Shown here in pieces: positions 1 through 11,699 of a stretch of 64,000 nucleotides of DNA. Position 1 is the first letter of the stretch; the number at the start of each line of letters is the position of its first letter. Origin of the DNA: Octopus sinensis (Eukaryota); assembly GCF_006345805.1 (NCBI RefSeq), contig NC_043003.1:10602001-10666000 (forward strand), read 5' to 3'. The notes under the pieces are model-generated. The model had not been told where the DNA came from. It did not search any database and saw only the letters and a program-made list of their open reading frames with translations. The translations under genes and the position numbers were made by a program.

Positions 1-344
1 TGTTCAGTAAGAAATCGCGAAATTCTAATCTGTCGTTTACATGAAAGTCTACGATATATATGTGTGTGCGCGTATTTGTATGTGTGTAAACTCGATCGTC
101 CGATCAAAAGGATCTACAATTAAAACACACACAATGATATTAAAAAACGGAAAAGCTTGGATTTATTGAATCTTTTCTTATAAAAACTTACTGTTTGTTT
201 CAACAATGGTATCGTCATAGGAAAACTGACTTCACTAGATTCGTAATAAATTCTTGTATAGTTTATTGAATAAAAATAATAATCGAATAATAATATTGTC
301 TGGAGTAAAAAGCAAAGAACACAAGAGAAAGAAGGGAAAAGGGA

Positions 345-708
345 AGGAGTGGCTGTGTGGTAAGTAGCTTGCTTCCCAACCACATGGTTCCGGGTTCAGT
401 CCGATTGCGTAGCACCTTGGGCAAGTGTCTTCTACTATAGGTTGGTAAGCAAGCGACTTACCACACAACCACTCCTATACATGTATTTGTGTGTCTGTGT
501 TTGTCCCCCCACCATCGCTTAACAACCGATGTTGGTGTGTTTACATCCCTGTAACATTAGTGGTTCGGCAAAAAGAGACTGATAGAATAAGTACTAGGCT
601 TACAAAGAATAAGTCCTGGGGTCGACTTGTTCGACTAAAAGGCGGTGCTCCAGCATAACCGCAGTCCAGTGACTGAAGCAAGTAAAAGAATAAAAGAATA
701 AAAGAATA
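345..708 (+). mobile_element. tRNA-derived CORE-type SINE (family 1, CR1-like tail)
   Basis: Head GGCTGTGTGGTAAG...GGGTTCAGTCC (A/B-box like), core TTGGGCAAGTGTCTTCTACTATAG, tail GGCGGTGCTCCAGCAT...GACTGAAGCAAGTAAAAGAATAAAAGAAT; same sequence recurs >15 times in the window. Confidence 0.9.
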
Positions 709-799
709 GTCAGAAATATAGAGAAATGGAATAGTAAGAGAAAAAAGAAAAAAAATCAAGAACAAAGAAATAAATTGGAATAACAGCAACAAACAATGC

Positions 800-1037
800 T
801 ATCTTTTATCTTTTACTTGTTTCAGTCATTAGACTGCGGCCATGCTGGGGCACCGCTTTGAAGAATTTTTAGTCGAATGAATCGATAGCAGTACGTATTG
901 TTTTTATGCCTGATTCTTATTCTATCGGTCTCCTTTTGGCTAACTACTGATTTACGGGGACGTAATCACACCAACACCGGTTATCAAGCGGTACCGGAGC
1001 AAACGCAGAAACAATAACGCACACACACACGCACGCA

Positions 1038-1089
<52 letters not shown>

Positions 1090-1602
1090 CGGGCTTCTTT
1101 CAGTTTCCCTCTCCCGAATCCATTCACAACGCTTTGGACGGCCGAACTGCTAGGTTACAGGGGCATAAACACACCAACACTGGTTATAAGTTGGTGGTAG
1201 GGGAAATACCGAAACAATAATACACACACACACACATACAGCCTTGTGAGTGGATTTGGTTGACAAAAACTGAAAGAAGCCCTTCGTGTGTGTGTGTATG
1301 TGTGTGTGTTATTATGTCTGTGTTAGTGCCCATCACTACTTGAAAACCGGCGTTTGTGTGTTTAAGTATCCGTAACTTAACGGTCCGGCAAAAGAAACCG
1401 ATAGAATAAGTACAAGGCTTAAAACCAGCAGCAAACACTGGGTGACGATTCGTTCGACTAACATTCTTCAAAGCGATGCCCCAGCATGGCTGCAGTCTAA
1501 TGAATGAAACAAGTAAAAGATATAATATGAAAGATAAACCCTGCAAGGCAGCAGCCCAGCATGGCTGCAGTCCAATGAGTGAGGCAAGAAAAAGATAAAA
1601 GA
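800..1602. mobile_element. Cluster of family 1 SINE fragments in both orientations with internal (CA)n/(TA)n
   Basis: Minus-strand tail TTTTACTTGTTTCAGTCATTAGACTGCGGCCATGCTGGGGCACC from ~810; plus-strand body and tail ~1240-1520; extra tail ~1555-1602. Confidence 0.8.
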
Positions 1603-2184
1603 TGTAGAATTAAATTATATAAACAAATGAATAATTTCTTTGAAAAAGACTATTGACTTTGTTAAACGGATTTTGTTTTTTTAAGCTTGGACCGAAGAAG
1701 ACAACATAATGTCCGTTGAGAAAAAAAATTACTTGTAACTAGATACATAAATAGGAAGAAGAATAAGAATGTCGAGATTATAAAACTATGAATACAAAGA
1801 AAAAAGAAGCCGTGTAAAATGTTATGAAATTTCTATTCCTAAAAGCGAATAAATATTTAAAATATACGATAGTCTACCGGAAGCGCTACAGAATCTAAAA
1901 CATGTGGAATCGAATGCGAGTGTGTGAGCATGTGTGTGTGCATGAGTATGTGCATGTGTGTGTGTGTATGCAAAAACCAAACACGTTGATAGTTTTGGGA
2001 AAGTGTCTTATGTAACAAAATCAAATGCTAATACGATCCATTAGATTCCTGCAAATAACAAAGGAATTTCAATGACCAAATATCGGTTATATAAATTTAC
2101 ATCTCCAAACCAACCATATCTGCATATCTATACAAATACAAACATAATAGATACACACACCCGCACACACAAGCACAGAGTATA

Positions 2185-2600
2185 TTTATTTCTTTATTGC
2201 CCACAGGGGGTTGAACATAGAGGGGACAAACAAGGATAGACAAAGGGATTAGGACGATTGCATCTGACCCCGAAAGGATGAAAGGCAAAGTCAACCTCAG
2301 CAGAATTTGAACTCAGAACATAAAGACAGACAAAATACTGCTAAGCATTTCGCCCGGAGTGCTAACGTTTCTTATTTCTTTATTGCCCACAAGGGGCTAA
2401 ACACATAGGGGACAAACAAGGACAGACAAAGGGATTAAATCGATTACATCGACCCCAGTGCGTAACTGGTACTTAATTTTTCGACCCCGAAAGGATGAAG
2501 GCAAAATCGACCTCGGCGGAATTTGAACTCAGAACGTAACGGTAGACGAAATACCGCTAAGCATTTCGCCCGGAGTGCTAACGTTTCTGCCAGCTTGCAG
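2185..2600 (-). mobile_element. Two tandem copies of tRNA-derived SINE family 2
   Basis: Reverse complement reads AAGGC..AGCTGGCAGAAACGTTAGCAC...GTTCTGAGTTCAAATTCCGCCGAGGTCGA..GCCTTCATCCTTTCGGGGTCGA..AAGTACCAG; 3' block TATTTCTTTATTGCCCAC..GGGGACAAACAAGGA present twice. Confidence 0.85.
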
Positions 2601-3982
2601 CCTTCACACAGAGTATGTATTGTGTGTTCAGTTAGATGTACGTCTTTTACTGCTGAGTTTGGATCTTCATGTGTAGTGCTATCATCCAGTAAAGTGGTGT
2701 GAATACGGCTGCACTTGATAATATTACATATGATATACAGTGTAAATCTAGGAGAAATTCCTACATCCTGTGTGTGTGTGTTTGTGTGTGTGTGTACGTG
2801 TGTGTGCAATAAAAGAAGAATGGGCGATGGCAGTTCAATCAGTGCTAAATATGTTTCAATAGCGTAGCATTTTATTCATATTTCGTGCATTACGAATTTA
2901 GCACGAATTGTGAGTATCGTCCATTCTTCTCCGTTTATTGTATTTATTTACCGCATGCTATCGTCACTACTTAGATTGGAATTGTGAGATACTTGTTATC
3001 TTTAAATAACAGATGTTAATTTTCTATAGGAACGATAAAATGCCAATATAATTAATTGATTAATTAATTAATTTATTTATTTATTTATTATCTGCTAACC
3101 AATCACACGCTGGAAGCTACCGACCTAATAGCTTCGATCGACGTGATCCAAAGAAATTGATATATGTGTGCTTGTGTATACATGCAGACATCTGTACGTG
3201 CAAAAGTAACACATACACCTACATGTGAATTTAAGTTTGGTGGGCGGTGGTAGTGGAGATGGTGGGTGTCATCGTTGTCGTCGTCGTCGTAAGGATAGGA
3301 CTATCTGAAGTTATAGTGACGCCGGCACAACAAAAGGTGTTCCTTGAGATTCATTTTAAACCTAACGGAGGCCTGCTTTCTCTACGTCTGAAACAGCTGA
3401 TTTTTTTGGGGGGGTGGTTAAGAAAAAGCTAGAGAAAGAGAGAGGGAGATTGTGAGAAGAATAATTACCATCTGTATTTCACAAGCAATATATTTTCGAC
3501 ACCTAAAATGATGAAGGGTATAATTACTTAGGATGGGATTTAAACTTGGAGAGCAAATATAACAAATACGTGTCTCCAAGCAATCTTCAGACACAGGAAA
3601 TGTTATAAAAACCTGCCTAAACACATGTCTCCACAGCATGAAACTATTAGTAGCTCGCATCCTTATACTATGTACATTAAATGATATTTACCTCTCACTG
3701 GATGGAGTACTTCTTTTATTGATCTTACCTTAACGAAACAGTAATCTATGGATATATATATATATTCATATATTTGGATGGGTGGATACTTGTGTGGGGT
3801 GGGTGGTAACTACATACGCAGCGACTGCACAATGCACATCAAAGTTAGTTTTTAACTTGAAGTGCTCAACAAACAATTAAAAATGAAACGAGATTCGATC
3901 ATATTCGAATGTAAAAGATAAAATGGAATTTCATCAATTTTAGATGCACCATACAAAGATATGACTTTATTTATCGCATATA

Positions 3983-4129
3983 CGTGTGTGTATATGTATA
4001 TATATATATGTATGTATGTATGTATGTACGTATATATATCTATACACACATATACATATATATACACACATATACATACATGTGTGTGTATGTGTGTGCG
4101 CGCGCGCATGTGCGTGTATTCATATACAC

Positions 4130-4188
<59 letters not shown>

Positions 4189-4321
4189 GTGTGTGTGTGT
4201 GTGTGTGTATGTATATACACATATAGATATATACATATATATGTGTATAAATGTATATATATATATATATATGTATATATATACATATATATATACACAT
4301 ATATATGTACATATATATATG

Positions 4322-4371
<50 letters not shown>

Positions 4372-4635
4372 TTTATATGCTCATACATTTGTATATCTAT
4401 ATTTGCATATGCATGCATGTATACATGTATAATCGCATATATCTATATATATGCGATGATACATATATATACATGTCTATATATATAGAGAGAGAGGGAG
4501 AGAGAGAGGCAGACAGACAGACAGATAAATAGATAAACAGATAGATAGATAGGTAGATACATACATACATATATATATATTTAATAAATACGTATATAAT
4601 GCATACATATATATATATATATAATATATATATAT

Positions 4636-4690
<55 letters not shown>

Positions 4691-4729
4691 ATACATATAT
4701 AATGCATACATAAATATATATATATATAT
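3983..4729. repeat. Compound (TA)n/(CA)n/(GA)n/(GATA)n microsatellite block
   Basis: Directly visible; source of the YIYI/HTHT ORFs. Confidence 0.95.
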
Positions 4730-5150
4730 GAGTTTGGATGGCTGTATGGCACTTTCTATGCTCGCAGTTTGTTATTGATAAGGTTTTTAATTTATCTTTA
4801 CTTTCCCATGTATGGTTTTCTTTAATGCATCTCTTATTCTCTCATACAAAGTGAGATTTTTTCTATCGCATTTTATTAGTAATGTGTTCGTCTCTTCTAT
4901 AGTTCGTATCCATCAAGTCTAATGTATTTGTTGCACTACATTTCGTATTATGTTTTTCTATGGCTTCGTCTATTACTTTCTTAGCAGACCCGTTGTTCAT
5001 TAGTGCTAGCTTTGTACGGAATTCTTTATGTACTGCTTCGCTTACGGGAGAAAGAATATAGATGTTCTTCCAAATAGAGATTTTACTTCAGACATATTTT
5101 ATCCGTGCAGACATGCGCAGTGTTCGAAGGGGAATTTGCGTTGATTTGTG
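4730..5150 (-). pseudogene. Decayed Penelope-like element RT C-terminal (thumb) fragment
   Basis: Frameshifted minus-strand translation NKYTNQRKFPFEHC..VKSLFGRT / VHKEFRTKLALMNNGSAKKVIDEAIEK resembles the PLE pattern KPT..YL.F.S.HP..K..VKSL..RA...E...I...L..NGYP...I. Confidence 0.45.
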
Positions 5151-5278
5151 TATTTGTTTGAGACACTTAGACTCCTGGTGGACGTGACGTAACTGTTGTT
5201 TTCTATTTGAAGGTTTCTTATTTTTATTTTATTATTTTATTTTATTTTATTTTATCTGTTTTCTATTTGAAGGTTTCT

Positions 5279-5612
5279 TATTTTTATTTTATTATTTTAT
5301 TTTATTTTATTTTATCTAGTTTCAGCTCACGAGCTGTGGCCATGCTGGGGCACCGCCATTTGGTGTTGCTATATGATTTTACTTCATGAATGCCTTTTAG
5401 CAAATGCCATTTGATGCATGAGAGAGTTCGATGCAGCTGCCCTCATCTGCACCTCCTGTCGTGAAGTTGGTTCATCTGGGACACCTGACAGGAAGAGATC
5501 CAGTTTTATTTTAAAGACATCTACATCCACCCCATGCAGGTCTCTCAGGTTCTTCGGGAGGATATTGAAGAGCTGTGGGCCTCTGAAGCCCAGGCTATCA
5601 CAGTATCTTGTC
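5279..5612 (-). mobile_element. CR1-clade LINE 3' fragment
   Basis: Minus strand encodes TRYCDSLGFRGPQLFNILPKNLRDLHGVDVDVFKIKLDLFLSGVPDEPTSRQEVQMRAAASNSLMHQ...stop (5384-5386), typical CR1 ORF2 C-terminus; 3' UTR GGCGGTGCCCCAGCATGGCCACAGC..CTGAAAC then (ATAAA)n. Confidence 0.8.
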
Positions 5613-5713
5613 CATCTTATTTGTTTCGCTCATTAGACTGCGGCCATACTGGAACACCACCTTGATTAACTTTTAGTTGAACGAATCGACCCCAGTACAT
5701 TTTTATGGGTTTA

Positions 5714-5970
5714 CCCTTCCAAAATACCTGAGACCTGCATGGTGTGGATGTAGGGGGCTTGAAAACGAAACTGGATCTCCTCCTGTCAAGCGTTCCAGAT
5801 GAGCCAACCTCACGGCAGGAAACACGGATGAGGGCAGCAGCATCAAACTCCCTCATTCACCAAATGCCACATATTAGAGGAGGGAGGTTTCAAATAATGA
5901 TGGTGTAGCACAGTCAACGGCGATGTTCCAGCATGACCGCAGCTTTAAAACTGAAGCAATTTAAAGAATT
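5714..5970 (+). mobile_element. Second CR1-clade LINE 3' fragment, inverted relative to the first
   Basis: LPKYLRDLHGVDVGGLKTKLDLLLSSVPDEPTSRQETRMRAAASNSLIHQ followed by GGCGATGTTCCAGCATGACCGCAGC..CTGAAGC tail. Confidence 0.8.
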
Positions 5971-6006
5971 AAATGTGTATATGTATGTGAATATATAATA
6001 TATATA

Positions 6007-6049
<43 letters not shown>

Positions 6050-6052
<3 letters not shown>

Positions 6053-6431
6053 CTGTGTGGTAAGTAGCTTGCTTACCAACCACATGGTTCCAGATTCAGT
6101 CCCACTGCGTGGCACCTTGGGCAAGTGTTTGCTCCGATAGCCTTGGGCCAACCAAAGCCTTGTGAGTGGATTTGGTAGACAGAAACTGAAAGAAGCCCGT
6201 CGTATATATATATATGTATATATTATGTGTGTGTGTATACGTATGTGTGTCGCTTGACAACCGATGCTGGTGTTCTACGTCCCCGTAACTTAGTGGTTCG
6301 GCAAAAGAGACCGATAGAATAATTACTAGGCTTACAAAGAATAAGTCCTGGGGTCGATTTGCTCGACTAAAGGCGTTGCTCCAGCATGGCCACAGTCAAA
6401 TGACTGAAACCTGTAAAAGAGTAAAAGAGTA
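6050..6431 (+). mobile_element. Full-length family 1 SINE
   Basis: Complete head, core, central (TA)n(TG)n and tail ending TAAAAGAGTAAAAGAGT; an inverted head fragment follows at ~6440-6590. Confidence 0.9.
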
Positions 6432-6837
6432 TTGCGACGAATTCTTTCGCTTTCCATCTACGAAAGCCCCTCACAAAACATTTTGATCGGTTCGAGGCTA
6501 TAGTAGAAGATACTTGCCCAAGGTGCTAGGCAGTGGGACTGAAGCCAGAACCATGTGGTTGGAAAGCCAACTTTCTTACTCTACAACCACGTCTGGAAAC
6601 TTCGAGATATGGCATAAATCTCTCTCTTATTTTAAATAATGGCCCTTGTAGTACATAAAGTCGTAAACAACAGCATATTGAGAATTTCATTAGAAATCAC
6701 TTGGGTAGAAATGGTTGAAGGAACTTCTAACTCCGTCCTACACGCTTTAACTGTTTTCAGTTCTACCAATAAACAAAACCATTTATATATGTGTGTTTTT
6801 ATGTAGTGTATGTGTGTGTATATGTATATATATATAT

Positions 6838-7800
6838 GTCGGTGGCCCTCCCATTTGATAGGGGCAGAAGACAGTGCAACCTTTGTGTCTCCGAACTCTT
6901 CCATATTTTGTTTGCCAGAGGCCGGATGGTAAACGGGCTCTTACAGTCGGCTTTTCGATGCCCCCATTGGCGGCGTTACACTTATCTGGCTTTTAATAGC
7001 GTTTATAAATAATACCGCACCCATAGCCCTTGGTAACAAATTCTGAAATAGCCTTTAAGATATCTACGATTAACCACTGCAGGGGAATTACTCCTGTAAG
7101 ACAAACGGGGCTTGGTTTTTTCACAGCGGGGGGTTTCCTTGACAAGGCAGACTTAGATGAACACACACACACATAAACATAATTATATATATTTTTTTTC
7201 TTTCTGCCACCCAACGGTTATCACGGCAGTAGCCACTGACAGCCGAACGATCAAACGCACACACGTACACAAAAAATGTTTTCTACCCCTACACCAACAC
7301 ACACATATATAGAACAGTATACACACACACACGTCTCTAAGTAGATTTTTTCTCGCCCCTTATAAAACATCCAATATTCCTTAAATAGTCAGAACTTTAT
7401 TCTCGGTCACAAAGAACATCTATACACCCTCACCCCACCACATGATTGACCGATGCCTGACCCGTTGAATTCTTCAGCCACCGTTTCTCACATACACTGA
7501 TAAAGTTATCGCCATGGGCTCTTAGGAGCATAATTCGATTTGTTTTTGCTCCGCCTCTGTTCTGTTTTTTGTTTTTCCAACGAATTTCCTTTTTTCTTCC
7601 TGAAGAGAAAGACACAATATGGTCCCATTATTCAATCGGATTTTGGTAATTTGTGCCTTCGAAACACGTGTAGAATGAAATAAAACGATTTCTGTTCAAT
7701 CTGCGTTCAGCTCCATTTCTTCAATTCACCAATAATGTTTTAATTTCAATTATCCGCACCAACGCATGGTTGCAACGCCAGATGGTTGTACCTCCAACCG
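6838..7800 (+). mobile_element. Penelope-like element 3' fragment (GIY-YIG endonuclease C-terminus plus pseudo-LTR)
   Basis: SVALPFDRGRRQCNLCVSELFHILFARGRMVNGLLQSAFRCPHWRRY-stop (7012) matches the PLE pattern A.PY....RCNLC..E...IL......N.......C.H; starts next to (TA)n; downstream CGAAACACGTGTA with palindromic ACACGTGT resembles a PLE hammerhead stem III; right end approximate. Confidence 0.65.
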
Positions 7801-8005
7801 TGCTGTTTACTGCTGTGATTTTGCTACTAAGGTATCGGTTAAACTTTTGATTAATCTACTACAAATTATTTCATCTTTCTATTTCACACATAATATATAT
7901 ATAATTATATATATATATATATGATATGATACATATATACATGCATGCATGTGCAAATATAGATATACATATGTATGCATATAAATATGTGTATGTATCT
8001 CCCTT

Positions 8006-8092
<87 letters not shown>

Positions 8093-8761
8093 GTATCTGA
8101 CTGTATATGAATATCTATATGTGTATATACACAGATGTATGGATGTTTCGTTTATACTTACATAAATATCTCATAAACAACATCTCGTGCTTTGTGTTAT
8201 ATGTGTACGTGCATGAGTGTGTGTGCGTGTGTGTTGTGTGTGTGTGTGTGTGTGTGATAGATGGATGACTGGATAGAATATTGTTCGTTCATCAACGTCA
8301 TTCGTCAAAAGCATATTGGTCTAAAAACAACATTTCTTAGAATAACAAAGCGGTCTTCAGAGATATTCTTAGAAAAAGAAAATTGGTTGAAAAACAAATT
8401 AATCAAAAATGTATTAGTTGACATCAAATACTCTGAAATGCATACTCGTAAATAAAATATAAAAACATAGATATACATCGAAACTTAATACCGGCTATTT
8501 AGTTCTCTTTTTTTTTTAAAGTACTTATAGCAATTTTAAAATGATAAGAGCAAATTATATTTTGAATGAAATATATTTTTCAATTTACTTTCAGGCTATC
8601 ATTTTATAAGAAAATATTAATGTCAATGGCAACACATCAAAACTTTATCTGCACTAATTTCGTTAACTGACATATTAGACTTTTCTAACATTAAGAACAA
8701 AATTATTTTTCGGACGAAGTACATTTTCATATTTTCTATGTACGCATTTGTGTGTCTGTTT

Positions 8762-9117
8762 GTAACGTCGTGGCACTCCGTCGGTTGCGACGACGAGGGT
8801 TCCAGCTGATCCGATCAACGGCCTGCTCGTGAAATTAATGTGCAAGTGGCTGAGTATTCCACAGACACGTGTGCCTTTAACGTAGATTCAGCGTGACAAG
8901 ACTGGCCTTTTGAAATAGAGGTACAACAGAAACAGGAAGTAAGAGTGAGAGAAAGCTGTGGTACAGCAGGGTTCGCCACCCACCCGCCTGCCAGAGCCTC
9001 GTGGAGCTTTAGGTGTTTTCGCTCAATAAACACTCACAACGCCCGGTCTGGGAATCGAAACTGCGATCCTACAACTGTGAATCCGCTTCCCTAACCACTG
9101 GGCCATTGCGCCTCCAC
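8762..9117 (-). mobile_element. tRNA-derived SINE family 3
   Basis: Minus strand GTGGAGGCGCAATGGCCCAGTGGTTAGGG...GTTTCGATTCCCAGACCGGGCG (A and B boxes), body AAAACACCTAAAGCTCCACGAGGC, end GTCGTCGCAACCGACGGAGTGCCACGACG; head also at ~10145-10252. Confidence 0.85.
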
Positions 9118-9509
9118 GGTTATGTTTAACGTCCGGAACAGAATAAATATTTGAATAGTCTAACTTCTTTTGCTTAATAATAGCCTGAGTTCTGTTTTGT
9201 TTTTCGTTTGTTTTTTGTTTGTTTTCTGTTGTTGTCGTTATCGGGACCCAGAGGAATGAGAGATCAAGATGACCTCGGTGGGATAAGGCGTCGAGAGGAC
9301 GGCCCCGAAACGGTGCGCATTATCTCAAGACGACCGCTAAACCCTGCTGGCAGTATTTGCATAGGCATGTTGTTGACATGTCAAAAGGATGAAAGGTAAA
9401 GTTGATCTCATTGAAATTCGAACTCAGAACGCTCCCAGCCTGAACAAATACTACCAGGCATTCCTTCCCATGCTATATGTTTGTTAACACACTGCTCTAT
9501 AATCCTTTT

Positions 9510-10140
9510 TACTGGAAGCACAAGGCCTGACATTTGGGGGAAGAGATTAAGTCAATTACATCGACCCCAGTGTGTAACTGGTACTTATTTAATCGACCCC
9601 GAAAGGATGAAAGGCAAAGTCGACCTCGGCGGAATTTGAACTCAAAACGTAACAGCAGCGGAAATGCCGCTAAACCATTTCGCCCGGCGTGCTAACGTTT
9701 CTGCTAGCTCGCCGCCTCACGCCTCTCTATAATGATCCTTCCTACTATAGAAACAAGACCTGAAATTTCTTGAGGGAGTAGACCTGTCGATTAGATCAAC
9801 CCCAGTATTCAATTGGTACTTAATTTATCAACGCCGAAAAAATACTGAAGGCAAAGTCGACCTCGGCGGAATTTGAATTCAGAACGGTGCGACAGGTGAA
9901 ATACCTATTTCTTTATTACCCACAAGGGGCTAAACACAGAGGGGACAAACAAGGACAGACAAAGGGATTAAGTCGATTACATCGACCACTGTGCGAAACT
10001 GGTATTTAATTTATCGACCCCGAAAGGATGAAAGGCAAAGTCGACCTCGGCGGAATTTGAACTCAGAACGGTGCGACAGGTGAAATACCACTAAGCATTT
10101 CGCCCGGTGTGCTAACGATTCTGCCAGCTCGCCGCCTTCA
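9510..10140 (-). mobile_element. Tandem array of three family 2 SINE copies/partials
   Basis: GGCAAAGTCGACCTCGGCGGAATTTGAA at ~9612, ~9851, ~10034; heads end at GCTCGCCGCCT (~9717, ~10138). Confidence 0.85.
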
Positions 10141-10539
10141 CACCACCGTGGAGTTTTAGATACTTTCGTTCAATAAACACTGATAACGTCCGGTCTGGGA
10201 ATCGAAACCGCGATACTACAATCACGAGACCACTGGGCCATTGCGCCACCACGCAAAAAATATATTATAAAATGAAGACAAATAACAATTTAAAAGATAA
10301 CACAATTATAATATATTTAACTTAAATTTTTTCAATATTTACATTATCTTTTTTTGTTCTCCAAGAATTTCTGTTTATTTAAATTTTTTCGTCTGTCCTT
10401 CTCCGATAATTTAATTTCTTTATTATTTCTCTTCTTGTTTAATTTGAAAGTCTGAATCCATCCTAGATAAATGTCGGACAGAAAACATAATGCCTAGTAG
10501 ACATGACAAACTGTTGTACAATTACCTAAATAATAACAG

Positions 10540-10880
10540 TAATGGTTTCAAATTTTGGTACAAGGCCAGCAATTTCGGGAGAGGAGTTAAGTCAATCACA
10601 GCGCTCAACTTATTTTATCAACCTCAAAAAAAATGAAAGGCAGGATCGACCTCGGCGGAATTTGAACTCAGAACGTAGCGTTAGACGAGATACCGCTAAG
10701 CATTTTGCTCGACATACGACAGGATTCTTTCAGTTTCCGTCTACCAAATTCACTCACAAGGCTTTGGTCGGCCTGAAGCTATAGTAGAAGACATTTGCCC
10801 AAGGTGCCACGCAGCGGGACTGAACCTGGAACAGTGTGGCTGGGCAACAAACTCCTTATCACACAGCCATGCCTGCGCCT
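10540..10880 (-). mobile_element. Family 2 SINE partial joined to a family 1 SINE head
   Basis: CGACCTCGGCGGAATTTGAACTCAG (~10647), then TTTCAGTTTCCGTCTACCAAATTCACTCACAAGGC...ACACAGCCATGCC. Confidence 0.75.
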
Positions 10881-11104
10881 ATTGGTTGACAACACTTTTG
10901 CCCTCAAAATGTAAAGTTTTGTGTTTATACTAGGAAAATGGTGACAGGAGTAATGAGGTGGACATATTTGAAAGTTCTGAAGATAGCTATGTCGCTTCCA
11001 ATCACATTTTCAAATTCTTCAAGTATCACTTCCAGTAGAAGGTCAAACAGGAAAGTGCTGCCCTCTAGTAAAAATTGCAGTAAACTGGATGGGAGGAAAC
11101 TATA

Positions 11105-11545
11105 TTCAATCATCGTCACCATCCAGTGTTTTAAATCCGGATCTTGTCCCCGTAAACGGGGGTGGCCGGATCTACCTCAATGCCATAGCAATTGCCCTCA
11201 CACCATCTCGCCCGGTTTTGGGCGTCCTCCTTTTTCAAACCAACCCTCCCAATCTTCACCTCCACCTTTTCCTCGGCCTACTTCGCTTTCGCGCTCCATT
11301 TACCTCAAACTCAATCGCCCTCCTCAGAACATGCTCTTCATCTCTCCTCAGCACCTACCCATACCACCGCACTCCATTTGCCCTTGCCAACCTTTCCACC
11401 GATTCCTCCAACCCCAGCATCCCCATCAAGTCCTCAGTCCTCCTCTTATCAAACAGCTTCACCCCACACATTTCTCTCAGTCCGTCTCAAAATTGCCATC
11501 TCTCTCTCTCTCTCCCTCAGACACCATTCAATGTACCTGAATAAC
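11105..11545 (-). mobile_element. RTE-clade LINE 3' fragment (second RTE family)
   Basis: Minus strand MAILRRTER/MCGVKLFDKRRTEDLMGMLGLEESVERLARANGVRWYG*VLRRDEEHVLRRAIEFEVNGARKRSRPRKRW; 3' UTR ends in (GAT)-like repeats. Confidence 0.8.
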
Positions 11546-11699
11546 TCTAAGCCTCATTTTTCATCTGTAGATTCACAGATAACACTTACCTTAGAGCTGG
11601 AAAAAAAGACGAGAGATTTGTTGTTGAGATGCAACGTGACACGTGATTTATTACTTCTTCCCCATCGGCACATATTCTGCAGTTAAGGCATTTTACTGT

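Noticed and set aside
3470-3670. Possible CR1/L2 RT remnant (NYLG-like); similarly a faint RTE-like stretch at ~61400-61810
   Set aside because: Motifs too eroded to assign without a profile search
3852-4711. Long ORFs rich in YI/HT/CV (also 26.2-27.0, 41.8-42.4, 53.4-54.6, 56.0-56.7, 59.3-60.3 kb)
   Set aside because: Translations of dinucleotide microsatellites, open in several frames on both strands; not proteins
10938-11686. Three overlapping plus-strand ORFs of 151-200 aa
   Set aside because: Antisense frames of the purine-rich minus-strand RTE fragment
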